Positions 26,959-41,623 are shown, counted from the first letter of the stretch. The stretch: DNA of 64,000 nucleotides from Eledone cirrhosa (GCA_964016885.1 OZ024744.1:38068001-38132000); one strand, 5' to 3'. Made by a program: numbers and translations. The notes: generated by a model from the sequence alone, not told the origin.

Positions 26959-27885
26959 CGTATGTATATATAATTGAACAAAGATTTTATTTTGGCAGAC
27001 ACTATATGTAATTCAATGGCCAGTAGAATTCCAGTGACATATCAGGTTGTGCAATACGCCTGATGATGTCGCTGGCATTATACTGGCCATTAAAATATAT
27101 ATACTGCCTGCAAAAATAAAAAAACTTTAAAGGAATTTCAAATTTCCGGCCACTTCTCACTTTATTCATTAATATTTAACTTTCTTCAAGCACCACCAAC
27201 ACAATCTTAACCAAAGATGATTGAGTTGCGCCACGTTGAGTGCTTTTCCTACTATCGCACCATGGTAAACTCTACGGAATGAACAGTTCAATCCAGTGGT
27301 TAACCACAAACTTCAATGAATATATGTGTGTGTGCGTGTGTGCGCGTGTGTGTATGTGTATGCGTGTGCGCATGTGTGTATATGTGTGGGCTTATATATA
27401 TTATATATATATATATATATGTATTGAGTACCTTTTAACTGTAAACTCTATGCTGCAGAGCATGTGTCCGACGCTCTACCGGTACTGCCAATCCATCGAA
27501 GACATTATTGCATAGTAAGTGTACTTGAATAACATCACACCACTATTATTAAAGGAAAGTTGGGTGCAGGTAATATCCAGTGGTTGTAAGACTCAGATTC
27601 CAAAATCCCACTATATAAGCGTAGGCTAAGTGTTGGCTTTGGTTCAACGTCGATTAAAACTCATCAAAACCTCATGCGTCCATCTTATGAAAACTTCGCA
27701 TTCATTTAGCGAAATACAGCATTTGTAATCTATTGTTGCAAAATATTGTTTCGTATCTCTTATACAATGCGGCGAATTGGGAGAGCCGTCGTTAAATGTA
27801 TCAGTAATCCCACCGAGTTCAACTTTGCCTTTCATTCGTTCGTGGTTGATAAATACAATACCAAACCGTTATGTTACAGAAGACG

Positions 27886-28001
<116 letters not shown>

Positions 28002-28015
28002 GAAGAAATCAGCCG

Positions 28016-28049
<34 letters not shown>

Positions 28050-29122
28050 ATCTGAATAAACGTGTCTTTTTTCAAAAATATTTTTTCTCTTTCCTGTCAT
28101 TGCTCGCTCCCCTCTATCGATTCTGATGAAGGACTAGCGTCCGAAACTTTATGACTCTTTTCCTACTATATCAAACATAAAACTAATGTTTTTCTTCATT
28201 ATTCTGAGTCGTTTATTTTATTATTTCTGTTTGCCTTTTGCACACACACACACACACAAATATTATATATATACGAGTATATATGTGTATATATATATAT
28301 ATGTATGTATATATATATATACATAGGGAGAGAGAGAAAGAGAGAGAGAGTGTGAGAGAGAGAAAGAGAGAGAGAGAGATTGCTTTCAAAGGTTTGGCGA
28401 AATAAGTATTTCTAGTAGACCAGTATGGATTTATTTATTCTTGTGATTTCTTTTTATTATATCTAATATGAAACTGACACTTAATAACATTTCATACACT
28501 CATGGACCCTATTACTCATCGTGTGATATTAAAAATGATATCTAAAGATATTTCATGACAAGCCGTTAGAACATATCCTGACAGTTAAATGAAGACTTCG
28601 TTTTACAGAGCAATTCGTTTTATGACTAGGTCGGTTGAACAGATCCTGCTCATTAAATGAGGAGTGACCGCTGGTATGGATATTATTTTTCTTATTAATA
28701 CAATTTACATTCTTTCATCGATCTCATAAATTTCGTAATATTATGGTATTGTCAGATAAATATTAGAAACAAATAAATTCTTGTCTAATTTCATGAGTAT
28801 ATTCTCACTGTATTTACATAATTCATGCCATCGATTTTACCGCCAATTTACAGGACTGAATCCTTCACGGATAGTTGCACAAACACGTAATTTTTATCAT
28901 CTTCTGAATTCTGATATGTTATTCCATAGGAAACTCTTAAACTTGTGGTATTCTCGTATATCATAATCATTCGTATCACAACTGCACAACACTGGCTTTA
29001 GAGTGGCTATTGTTGAACTGAATACAGATAGAAAAGAAACAAACAACAACAATGGAAACAACATATATATATGAAAATACTGATGAATAGACAGATGGAT
29101 AGATAGATACGTAGATATGTGA

Positions 29123-29161
<39 letters not shown>

Positions 29162-29289
29162 TACACACACATACATACATACCGTATATACTCGCGTATA
29201 GGTCGCCCCAGCAGATAGGTCGCATACCCACTTTTCATTTAACAAAAAGGCTATTTACCACATACATACATATATACATACATATATAC

Positions 29290-31035
29290 ATGATGGCTGC
29301 AAACTCTGCCAATAGTATTGCAATCGCTTGTCATTTTCAGATGTGTGACGCTCGGATATGGCTTTTCAAGCCTGCTAGAGACTTGCACTCCTTCGCACAC
29401 TGACGACAATTATGGATCTCGCTGGCTTGAGATCCTGCATCAGGTTGCCCGTGAACCCTCACAACACCATGGAGATCATAGTTCACTGGTTCTCTTTGAA
29501 CATGGCTGCGACTGTGGCTCCTGAGACCAGATTTGCTCAAGCAAATTTTTCCACGCTCAGGGCATACCAATTCAATGGAGAACCGATCGTTTCGAGAGAT
29601 AGATCAGTGTATTGCACACATCCCGTTTGATCTTCTCGTGCTCTATGCGTCTGTCCTCAAAATTATGAACCCCATCATTCACCATTCCACGCAAACTTTC
29701 TCTTTCAAGAGCTTCTCTCTCCCAGTCAGCCATCATCAAACCAGTTTTTTTCATTGAGTCCTTTACACAATCCTTGAATCAGAACCTTGGCTTGTGAGGT
29801 GGTCTCTTACCCTCACAAAGCTCGCCATTGCGAAATACAAGGCAAACAAAGTTGGTGTAGGTACATCACCCCGCTCGACACCATTTTCAACCGAGATTGG
29901 CTCAAACAGTTTACCTCCAACATTCACCCATGCCTGCATGTCATCGTGGAAGAGTTTCAGAATGTTCACAAACTTTTCAGGACAGCCCAATCTCTCCAAA
30001 ATAACCTACAAAGCCTTCCGATTAACGGTATCAATTGCCTTGGTCAGATGCGCTGCTCAATGCATTTCTCTTGAAGTTTTTTTGCCGAGAAGATCATGTC
30101 AACAGTGCTTCTACCATTCCTAAAGCCACATTGGGACTTAGGAATGACCTCAACAGCAATGTGCTGTATCAATCTGTCCAACAAAATCCTGCACAAGATC
30201 TTCCCAGCCACAGATAACAGTGAAATACTTCTGTAGTTGCCATAGTCATCTTTTGCTCCCTTTCCTTTGTAAAGTACCACCATCAATGCATTATTCCAAT
30301 CCTGTGGCACATCTTCTTCATTCCAAACATTCACAAAGAGATCAGTGAGGCGGTTTAAGAAGATATCACCAGCACACTTGAAAATCTCGGCACTCAGTCC
30401 ATCCATTCCAGGTGACTTGCCACTGTTTAATTTGGCAATGGCCTTCGCCACCTCATCAAATGAAGGAGGATCAGCCATTGCCAGCTTTGTAGGTCTGGAT
30501 GGAATCGATCGGATGAACTCATCATCAATTGCTGATGGTCTGTTGAGAAGCTCATAAAAGTGGTCATGCCACTTGATCAGGATTTCCTTCGGAGCGAAGT
30601 GGTAATATTTGCGAACCGGTCGGACCATACACCTCCCTGAGCAGACTGTATAGGAGCTTTGTATCATATCTATCTGATGCCTTCTGGATTTCATCAGCCT
30701 TTTGGCTCCACCAGGTATCCTACATGGCTCTCAATCAATGTTGCACACGTGCCTTGATCTGCCTGAAGGTCCGGTCACTCCTGTCAGAACGTGTCTCACA
30801 CAACAATGATGTCACCACATTTTATTTCTCTACAAGCAAGGTCTGGATAACTGCATCATTTTCATCGAACCAGTCTTTATGCTTTCTATTGGTATGACCC
30901 ACAACTCCAGCACTAACATCATAGAAGGTTTTCTTCAATGATTCCCAAGTGTTTTCACATTCCTTGGACTCAAAGGACCTCGACAGCTCAGCTCTGACTT
31001 TCTCTGTTTTCATACGAGCCACGTTTAATTGTTTT
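29290..31035 (-). mobile_element. RTE-clade LINE, decayed and internally deleted
   Basis: ORF pieces GKSPGMDG..NYRSISLLSVAGKIL..QCGFRNGRSTVDMIF and GCPEKFV..NGVERG; C-terminal C2H2-like CPERGKICLSKSGLRSH and CRQCAKECKSLAGLKSH; TATG-type tail. Confidence 0.9.
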
Positions 31036-31172
31036 GGAAGTTCAACGTTCTTCCTCCTTACTTCACAAATACATAGATACGTACTTACGTATCTATGTAT
31101 CTAGCTATCTATCTAGTTCGGATCTTGCTATCGAAACGGCCGGAGCTCAGCCGTTTGGGGCCCGACTCTTTT

Positions 31173-31212
<40 letters not shown>

Positions 31213-32229
31213 TACATATATGGATGAATGGATAAGACGTTCACTTGATATCTTCCACATATAGACATTATTATAGTTAATTAAAATTAAGTACCAGTAA
31301 TGCACTGGGTAATTGCTGGCCTTATGCCAAACGTAGAAACAATTAATATATAAGTGAAATCTGGTAGACTGGGAATCCTGTCATGTATGTATATATGTAT
31401 GTATATATATGTGTATGTATGTATGTGTGTGTGGTGTGTGTCAGCTGAATTGTAGGTTTGACTACATTTTAAAATAAAAGCTATCTGTCAAAAACGTAAA
31501 CGAGATAAATACGTTTTTATCATCTTCGCTCACAGAAAAATACACCTATTGCCCTTTCAATGTTTTACGGGTTATTGGTCGTTTCTCAGAAAAGATGGGT
31601 TCTCTACAGTTTCGCGTACAAAGGGAACTTATAATAAATCTCTATTTATAGCGAGCATTAACCAAAACTTGATTGATATGCCATTTCTAATTTGGATAAG
31701 GTCTATTCATAAATAATAATCATTCACGCACAACTCAACTCATTTAAGACATATGCCTGAATCATTAGTTTTTTCTATTTTTTACTATTCATGGCAAATT
31801 TCCCCACTGTTATTTTCTTCGAACATTTATGAAGTAGTGTTTGTTGTCCGGTCACAGATCAATACAATCCCGATCCTATCTTAACTACAATAAGATCGGG
31901 TTACATATGAATCAGCGTATTATGTGATTCAGGCCTATATTATACATGCAGAAAGAACAATCATATAAATCGCTCACTAATGAACCTCGGAGCCCAAATG
32001 GAATAGTGAGGTGACACCATGAAATACAGCGTGTCCCCTCAGGGAATCCCCAAAATGTTATTGAATCCATCTACTGTAGGGCCAATAATGCTGTTAGAAC
32101 TCCATGTAGTAGAGAAATATTAATTCTCACTAGATCAGGAGATGAGAGTTATTGTTTTTGTATTAGGCTTCCATCATATTGATTACATTGTACCATCGAA
32201 GTTATGACCTTAGTACTTTCTGCCCCAGA

Positions 32230-33800
32230 GGTTCAATAAGAGATAGACTCGATGGCTAAAAAGACTCCCATAGGAAGATGGAAGGGGTGGACCAAAACCA
32301 TACTGACACCCGAGAACAACGATGGTGAGAAAAATGATCGCACATGCGCTAGGGGTTAGTATTAAAACTACACTAAAGGGCCACTTGTTCAAATTTAATC
32401 AGAAAATCTACACCCAAGATGAAGGAGCAGCCATTGGCGTCAGCATAGCTGGCGATGTTGCCAACCTATTTATTGTATGGTGGGAAAGGAGACTCAGAAA
32501 ACACCTAGCAGACAACGCCATAGCCCTCATCATGTACTCCCATTACGTAGATGACATTAATAATTAATAAAGACACCCCCACTAGACAGTACCAACAAAC
32601 CTGAATTAGAAACTAACACAATGGAAAGCATCCAGCAGATAATTAACTCCATACACCAGAGTATCACAGTAACTATTGACTACCTTACCAAACACTCTAA
32701 CAATAGACTACCAGTATTAGACACAGTATCGGTAGAGGGCTGAACGCCATGCTTTGCAGCATAGAGTTACGGCCCTTTACAGTCTGAGTTCAAATCCCGC
32801 TGAGGTTAACTTTGCCTTTCATCCTTAGAGGATCGATCAATTAAAGTACCAGTAATGTATTGGGATAATTGTGGCCTTGTGACTAAAATAGAAACAATTA
32901 TTAGACACTGAACTGTGGTTAAACACTATAAACGAGAAAACCCAAATTCTGCACTCACATTATGCTAAACCCATGGCCTCTAAATACCTTATACACAAAA
33001 ACTCAGCGATGTTCAATAGTGCTAAGTTTAATATTCTGATCACGAGCTTAGTAAGAGTGATGAAGAATGTGTCCAGCATGTGTGATCTAACTGAACTGAA
33101 AAGACACGTACAACACTTCATCTATTGCATGCAGTTCTCTGGCTACAACCAAAGAGATAGAATCAGGGTGTACAAAGGAGCCATGGAGAAATATAAGACC
33201 CTCATAGAGATGGGCATGAAAGGGATTTGCCCACTATACATGAGCAAATCATGGAATAGCTGAGATAGGACTAAACATAAGGTAGGGAAAGCCACTTCAT
33301 GGTAAGACAACCAGAGATACCAGAGTGTCATGTTCGTGGATGCAACCCCTGGAGGTGAATTAGCAAACCAATTTAGAAAGGCCCTCTGAAAGACCCACTT
33401 AAAGATTGAAGTGGTAGAAAAGCCAGAAACTACAATAAAATCCCTGATCAGCAAAACTTACCCCTTTAAGAAAACCCACTGTATTAATAGGAAATGTATT
33501 ATATGTAGAATAAATCCACAAGAAACATAACAACACCATATATAGGAGAGACAGCTCGGAGCATAGGGAAGGAATAGACCAACACTGGGGGGAACTAAAT
33601 GGACAAAAAGACAATGCAATACTATAGGAACACGCCAGACAAAGACAGGATGGTAATATAGACAACATAGAAATTAAAATATCTAAACATAAAATTGACT
33701 CAACAGGTAGACAAATTAGGGAAGAAACTGAAATAGAACTAAGAAAACCAAAGTTAAACAGAAAACATGAATTGAATAACAACGAAAAAACCATACACAA
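32230..33800 (+). mobile_element. Decayed PLE (RT with YVDD, thumb, EN remnant), interrupted by a SINE
   Basis: HLFKFNQKIYTQDEGAAIGVSIAGDVANLF..YSHYVDD; NRLPVLD|TELW split by the SINE; MQFSGY; MFVDATPGGELA. Confidence 0.85.
32725..32898 (+). mobile_element. SINE family A with 10-bp target-site duplication
   Basis: TATTAGACAC at 32715-32724 and 32899-32908; GAGTTCAAATCCC B box. Confidence 0.9.
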
Positions 33801-34392
33801 ACACACAATAGTGATCTAAAATAGAATATAAATATACACAGATACAATAACAACCAAACATAAACACACACTAGTGAGCATAGATAGAATACAAACACAC
33901 ACAGACTCAAAATCGAATATACACTAAACAGAAAACATGCATACAAACAAATGCGCAAACGGAGACAACAATTTATAAATAAATAAATAGATAACAGAAT
34001 AAGTAAACATTACAATAGAACGGAAGGAAACATAATAGTATCATTGATGATGTCACACGTGTTTGACGAAAGAACTCTGAGAGACTATATATATGTGTGT
34101 GTGTGTGTGTGTGGGGGTCTGTGTGTCTATGTGTATGTGTGTGTGTGGGGGGGGGTCTGTGTGTCTGTGTGTGTGTATGTATATTTAACTGTTGGTCAGT
34201 CAATGATATACATTGATTGCCAGCTAAATTAACTATGGAGATATTAAAGATACAGAAGCGAAAACTAACCAAATCCAAACAGTGAGTGTGTTCTGTTATT
34301 ATTTCTGGCAATATTATTACAATATGACCCTCCCCAAGTATAACAATATTTGTTTCGACACACGATTTCATATCAAAAACCTTGCAAAACTA

Positions 34393-34535
<143 letters not shown>

Positions 34536-34745
34536 TATATATATATGTATGTAAAAGATAAACAGAAATAACAACACAATCTTAGTCTTTAGATAAAAAT
34601 AACATATATATATATATATATGTAGGAGGTGAGTTTTATTGTAGCACAATAAAGCAATGCAAATATCGGATAAGTAGCACTCAACAGTTTCTAGGACTGG
34701 AGTATAAATAATATAAGATCAAAAGATGGTTAAAAGAGTTCCATG

Positions 34746-34816
34746 TATTTTATTATACGCATTTCAAAGACAAATATCATCATGGAATGATATTTACGTT
34801 CTCATCAGATAAAATA
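34746..34816 (-). ncRNA. Type-I hammerhead ribozyme (intact core)
   Basis: Minus strand TATTTTAT-CTGATGA-[GAACGTAAATATCAT..ATGATATTTGTCTTT]-GAAAT-GCGT-ATA-ATAAAATA, with an 8-bp stem I. Confidence 0.7.
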
Positions 34817-34989
34817 GGGAGACATGATATGAAGCTTAAAAAACACTTGCGGGCAGTGAAGTGTTAAATCAACATATGTTGATTAACACTTCACTGCTCG
34901 CAAGTGTTTTTTAAGCTTTATATCATGTCTCTCTATGTTATCTGATGCGAACGTAAAAGGTCGCATTTTTATTAAATACATCCTGGTTA

Positions 34990-36384
34990 GACGAAAGGTT
35001 AGAAATTCTGAGATTGAAAAAAATAAAAAGCTTATTAGAACTTTCCTCAAAGACTACTATAGTCTAGATATTACATTTGAAAACACAAGTAAAGTAGTTA
35101 ATTTCCTTGATATAACATTAGACTTATCTACGGGTATCTACCAACCTTACCATAAACCTAACCAAAACTTACATTACATACACTCACAATTTAATCACCC
35201 TAAATCTATCGTTAAAAACCTAGCATATAATATCTCACTCAGAATTTCTAACCTTTCGTCTAACCAGGATGTATTTAATAAAAATGCGACCTTTTATAAC
35301 GAAGCTTTAGCTAGAAGTGGCCACAAAAATAAATTAGTATATATACCTTGTACCAATAACACTACAAACATACAACCTAATATTACCAACAAACACCAAA
35401 TGAAACATACACACCTAAATGCCACTCACACTATACCCAAAAATACCAACATAAAATCAAATTTCTCTAACTCTTCTAATATACAATATAGTAACTCTCA
35501 AAAAACTATTCATCCTACTACTCTAATAAATGTTAATAATAAAACTCCTAATAAACAAACTAAAACACCTAAATCAATGAATCTAACTAAAAATCTGTGT
35601 GGTGAAGTCATTAACAATAATTCTCTTAATAAACATCAGGATACATCCTATAAAAATAATAAACAACATCGAAACCGTAATAGACGAGTTACTTGGTATA
35701 ATGCTCCATTTAATTTACAAATTAAAGATAATATACCTAAAAAAATGTTTGATATCCTAGAGAAAAACTTCCCGCCAAACCACAAATACCATCAAATTTT
35801 AAATAGATCAACGGTTAAATTCTCCTACTCAACAACCAAAAACATAAAACAAAATATAAGTGCCTATAATGCATATAAATGTAAAAAAAACCATGAGTAT
35901 ACCACCAATACATCAAACTAACCATAATATCTCCTCTGATACAGGATTCACGAAAAGTTGTAACTGTAGAAACAAAGCAAATTGCCCATTAAAAGGAAAT
36001 TGCCTTGTTAATAACATAGTATATAAATGTAAAGTTAACACTAAGGACTCAATTTTTTCATATATAGGAGCTACCTCTAACCAATTTAAAGTAAGATTTA
36101 ATACCCACAAACACAGTTTTAAAAATGCCGCATTAGCTAATACAACATCTTTAGCTGAAATAATTAATAATTATAGAAAGAGGAATATAGATTATGACCT
36201 GACCTGGAGTGTGCTCAAAAGGGCCACCCCTTATCAAAATAATAGATATGAATGTAGATTGTGTTCCCAAGAACTTTTTGAAATAATGAAATCTAAGGAT
36301 ATCCTATTAAATAAGCGACAGGAATTAATAATATCGTGTAATCATAAACTGAGAAAAACCTTTAAATATTATAAACCTAATTAA
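34990..36384 (+). pseudogene. PLE ORF 3' half: RT thumb, Asn-rich insert, Cys linker, GIY-YIG endonuclease
   Basis: VNFLDITLDL..YHKPN..YIH..NHP; WYNAPF; CNCRNKANCPLKGNC; IVYKC..SYIGAT..RF..H; CRLC..E..LLNKRQE..CNH; frameshift at an A-run near 35885. Confidence 0.92.
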
Positions 36385-36892
36385 TATACACTTTAGAAAT
36401 TATTATAATAACATTTTTTTTATTTAGTTAACCTATAATTAATATTCTACTACTAATGAACTACATAATTTTATTTTCCTTTTTACAACTATCTTTTCCT
36501 AAAATTGATACCATTAAGTATACATATATACTGTTTTAATTTCAGGTTATGATTCTATGTTCCTTGTAATCTCTATATATTTGTTATTTCTCACTAATAA
36601 ATTTAACCCCCCCCCCCCAATAATTATATATATTTTTTCTTATTTCCCCTCGTCTTTAACAGCACTCTTCAATTACATCTAACTCTTATTTATCATATCT
36701 ATATGCATTAATATAATTTTATCAATATAAATATACCTATCAATTTAATTAATTTATTTTATTTTCATAGATGTAAATTTCATATATATTTTTTTCACTA
36801 ACACTTTTATCGTAAAATTTTAGTCTCCTTAGATATTTACATTGGCATTATTCTTTTATAACAGCAATTTTTCGTGTACCTTTTACCGACCT

Positions 36893-37360
36893 GACCTATT
36901 TCCACCCCTAAAATAACTGTTTCATTCTTCATACTCCTTCCATTCAAAACTGTAATCTGCCTTCTTCTACCCATAAATTAAAGTTCCATTACTACTATTT
37001 TACCATTTAGCCAGTTATTACCTTTCTATTGGTCAATTCAAAATCTGTTCCCAAACAGACCTATTATATTAAATCTTTGTTGTTTTTATTCAATGAACAA
37101 ATATAATTATTTCTGAAGACAGCATAAGACCTATTTCCATCCCTAAAATAATCTTTCATTCATAATATTCTTTCCATCCAAAACCGAAATCTACCTTCCT
37201 CTACCCCTAAATTAAGGTTCTTTTACTACTATTTTACCATCTTGACCTTCACTATCTTTCTATTGGTCAATTCAAAACCTGTTCCCAAACAGACCTATTG
37301 TATTAAATCTTTGTTGGTTTTTTTCAATAAACAAATATCATTATTTCTGAAGACAGCATA
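36893..37360 (+). repeat. Tandem duplication of approx. 234 bp within the PLE 3' UTR / pseudo-LTR
   Basis: GACCTATTTCCA..TTCTGAAGACAGCATA at 36893-37126 and 37128-37360. Confidence 0.85.
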
Positions 37361-37475
37361 TATATGTGTAGGTATGTATATTCCTTCTGATAGTTTTTAA
37401 AAATTTTACATAGATCTATAGGATATGCATACCAACACTAACATATATATCCTAGAAACGATCGTAAAATGATGA
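37338..37475 (+). ncRNA. Type-I hammerhead ribozyme with approx. 100-nt domain II
   Basis: TCATTATTT-CTGAAGA-(CAGCATATATATGT...ACATATATATCCTA)-GAAAC-GATC-GTA-AAATGATGA. Confidence 0.65.
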
Positions 37476-37804
37476 ATTTTTTAATATAAGGAACTGTTTC
37501 TTTGTTTATTCAATATTTTTATTAATTTATCTTGACTCTGTTTTCCTGTATTTTTCATCGAAAAAAAGTTTTGAATACATCTTCTCTTTTCATGATATTC
37601 GGATTACATTGAGTTCTTCATACGGATTGGACACTACCGTATATTTTGGTAGATTTATCTACATACTTTGCTCCTAATGTTATGGGGATATTCTTAATTT
37701 TGTATATATATGTATGTGTATGTGTATATATATATATATGTATAACTTTATAACTCCATATATATATAGTTGAGCTCTTTTTCTTGTCCATTATCCATAT
37801 CACA

Positions 37805-39170
37805 ATGGTAAAACAATACTTGGGAACTGCTTTAAAGAATATACCATTACCTTCTAAGGATGATTTCTTACTTCTTATGATACACAAAACCAACCAATTT
37901 ATCAAAAGGGTCAGATGGAGGGCCTACCACTTCGATAAAAAAACAAAATGTACTGATAAGAAATATTTATATGATTTCACTACATATAAAAATCCACCAC
38001 ACAACTCCTTACTTGAAAACTTTGAGAAAGACCTTTTTAACTTAATCAAACACCTCAAATTTAAGAAGTATAAATCTAATTTTCAAAAGGATCTTGATTC
38101 TACCCTAGTGGATCTAAAAAAAAACTAACAAAATCCATGTCCACTCTGACAAAACTGGAAATCTGTATCACATGGATATTGATAATTACAATGAGTTCAT
38201 ATATAAAGAACTCAGGAAAAATTCTAAAAAAACAAACAATGCGTCACTTACCAACATCAACAACAAAACACACAACATAGTAAATAGACTAAATATTGAA
38301 GATAGAACTGAACCTTTGGCACTGAAAAGATCACATTTCAACCTGAAAGATCATAAATCTAACTTTAACTCTAATCTTTCTATAAGGCTTATATGCCCTT
38401 CCAAATCTGATATTGGAATCATTAGTAAACATTTTTTTAGATAGAGTCATCCCACAACTAAGAAAACATGTTAATTTACCACTCTGAGAAAACACATCCC
38501 AGGTAATTAACTGGTTTAATAATATTAGAAATAAATCTTCTGCTTCATTTCTACAATTTGATATAGATAATTATTATTCCTCTATATCACCTATACTCCT
38601 GAACAAAGCCTTGATATTTGCCAAAAATAGATCTAACTTAACTTTCGATGACATTAATATTATTACACATGCTAGACAAACACTACTGGAATTTCAAAAT
38701 GAATACTGGACCAGAAACACATATAGTAATCTATTCGACATTACTATGGGCTCAAGTGATTCTGCCCAAATTACTGATCTTGTGGGCCTCTTTCTTCTTT
38801 TTAACATAAATGCTTCCTTTCCCCACATTAAAGGTGGTTTATATCGTGACGACTGTCTTCTTCTTTCCAATAACCTTATCCTTTCAGAGATTGAAAAAAA
38901 ATAAAAAGCTTATTAGAACTTTCCTCAAAGACTATTATAGTCTAGATATTACATTTGAAAACACAAGTAAAGTAGTTAATTTCCTTGATATAACATTAGA
39001 CTTATCTACGGGTATCTACCAACCCTACCATAAACCTAACCAAAACTTACATTACATACACTCACAATCTAATCACCCTAAATCTATCGTTAAAAACCTA
39101 GCATATAATATCTCACTCAGAATTTCTAACCTTTCGTCTAACCAGGATTTCTAACCTTTCGTCTAACCAT
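37805..39170 (+). pseudogene. PLE ORF 5' half including the RT core (YRDD)
   Basis: ALKNIPLPS..FIKRVRWRA; SDKTGNLY; LKDHK..RLICPSKSDIG; FDIDNYYSSI; FDITMGSSDSAQITDLVGLFLL; GGLYRDD; frameshifts at homopolymers and one TGA near 38485. Confidence 0.92.
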
Positions 39171-39244
39171 CTTTTTTTCTTTATACTTTCCCTCGTGTAG
39201 GACACCTCGGTTAATTTTCATTTTGTAAAAAAATCTCACTTTCT

Positions 39245-39282
<38 letters not shown>

Positions 39283-39533
39283 TATAAAGAACGAGGATTC
39301 TGTGTGGCATCATATCACATTTAATTAACATATTACAGATGGTTCTCCATCGATCAGCTCGAGGCAAGATCTATTACAGATCGAACCCGACTCTGTAATC
39401 GAAAGTTCTTGAGATATGTTTTGTGTGTGAGATCGTCTCCGATACACACACACACACATACACACATACATGGGACATACTGCAGCTGCTTATGTTATGA
39501 ACTCCATTGAAAAGTGACATGTAAATCGCCATA

Positions 39534-41623
39534 TCTATATATCTAAAGCAGAGTATGTATGTCTGACTCCCTAAAACTCGAGAACCACCCAACCGATTTT
39601 TTTCAAACTTTACAGATGTAATACTTGTGGGCCTGTGGACCGCATTATGCGACTTAGCGAACTCTCTCTATAATTCTTAGTCTTTCTTTTTAGATAGATA
39701 CATAGATATAACGTTGCGCCCTTATAATATCTGTCTGTATGTCTGGGTGTCTGCATTACGACATTATGACGCTGTGTGAGTGTGTATATATGTATATATA
39801 TATATATATATATATAATGTGTAACGTTTTTCGAAATATTTATTTCTGAGTTCACAGTTCACAGATTGATTTTTTTTTTGTTTCAGAAGATCCCGTTAAG
39901 GGTGAAAGCAGCGATTCTTTGCTTAAACTTTAATCTGTTATTTTGATATATATATATATGTATATATATATATAAGTTTAGGATTAACCAAAGAGTGCTT
40001 AGAAATACAATGTTTTATTTGCTAATAGTGTTTCATCCATACCCTAGGGCAGGAATCATCAAAGCCTATAAACAAAAATTTATGAAAGGTTGCAGGCTCC
40101 ATCGAGCCTAGTCACCAGAACAAGGAAGGACAAGTAGAGAGGTACACAATACATGATACATATAATGTCACAAAAAATTACATCTTAAAAAATTAGGTCA
40201 AAAGTTTATCACATAAATGGTGCAATAGATCATAAGGAGGTTGAGAGAGGAGAGCAAGAAATGAATGAGGGTGTTGCTCAGCATGATCAAAAAACAAACC
40301 AAACATAGACACATCAATTCACAAGCAGTGGAAGTACATGATTTACAGGCAGAGTATGAAAGGTTGTAAGCAGGAGTCAGTAAACAGAAAAGTTGGTTAG
40401 CTGTGGTGCAGCTTTAGAGGCAGGATTGTTTATAGGAAATATGGTGCACTTCAGTAGTATCGCCTTGTAACAGGTTGATTTCTCCATATCCGGCCACCAC
40501 CCTCTATCCATTGGTTCCAGTTCCAAGTATTAGGCGACATAATACTAGGTTTCCAAATACACGCGTAGAGGATTTCTCCACAGAGGCAACATCTCAAATC
40601 CCAAACAGAATACAATGAAATGGGGTAAAGCGGAGTACATGCACTGCTGGCACTCCAATGAAGGAAGTGGAAAGAAAACGAGTCCGCAATATTTGCTATC
40701 TCTCACAGTCTTCACGTTCGGTTACGCAACCCAACGTCCCACGTGAAATACACAATATGGCCCAGTCTACATCTGGCTAAAGTGCCATACCATATGTAAA
40801 TATACTACAGTAAATGCTATTCGTAATGGCTAGTTAGTCTCGTAGACAGAAAGCGTATATAGAAAACTCCGCCTATGGAATTACCTAGGACAGAGTGAAG
40901 AAAAAGAAGTTATGGTTAGGTTAATAGGCGAGCTTATTAGAATAAGTATAAATTTCTGATGTGTGCAAGTACTGCAGAAGATATAGTAAACACACGGCTA
41001 GAACTACCGATGACACCAATGTTGTTTACATGTCCACCACGTGGTTTTCGTGTAGATCACTGAATCTGGAGGTTGTAATCTTTTCACAGTCGGGTATAAC
41101 CCCTCCTGGGTCGGCTGGAAGTCAACATCAACTGTCGCACTTTGCCTTTAATGTGGTTTTATAATTTATCATATTTGCAGCACAATTCATATTCCACAAT
41201 TTCAATATTTACCTTCTCGTTAGTAACTCCCAACGGTTGTCAAAATACGAACGCAGGAAGTCGTTGTGCGCTTATGAAAAGTATGGGAGGTAGCTCGCGT
41301 CATAAAGGGCGGATTCATTAGATATCCCAGGGACGCTTGGGGAAAACCCGTTGTTCGATTCAAGCCCTACCGTGTGACTAGGCTCGATGGAGCCTGCAAC
41401 CTTTGATATACTTTTGTTTATAGGCTCTGATGATTCCTGGCCTAGTGTATGGATGAAACACTGTTAGCAAATAAAACAATGTATTTCTAAGCACTCTTTG
41501 GTTATTCCTAAACTTATAACAGCTCTGTAGTATACTAGTTATCCTACATTGAGCTAAAACCACACTGTCACACCAAGGACAATATATCTGTGTGTCTGTG
41601 CACATTAGTATAATTGTCAACCA

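Noticed and set aside
28609-28672. Possible exon bounded by TTTTACAG and GTATGG
   Set aside because: Stops in all three frames and no other support
38480-38490. In-frame TGA in the PLE RT as possible selenocysteine (as in Naiad PLEs)
   Set aside because: Falls where Trp is expected (TGG>TGA); the element has a C-terminal EN and no SECIS was recognised
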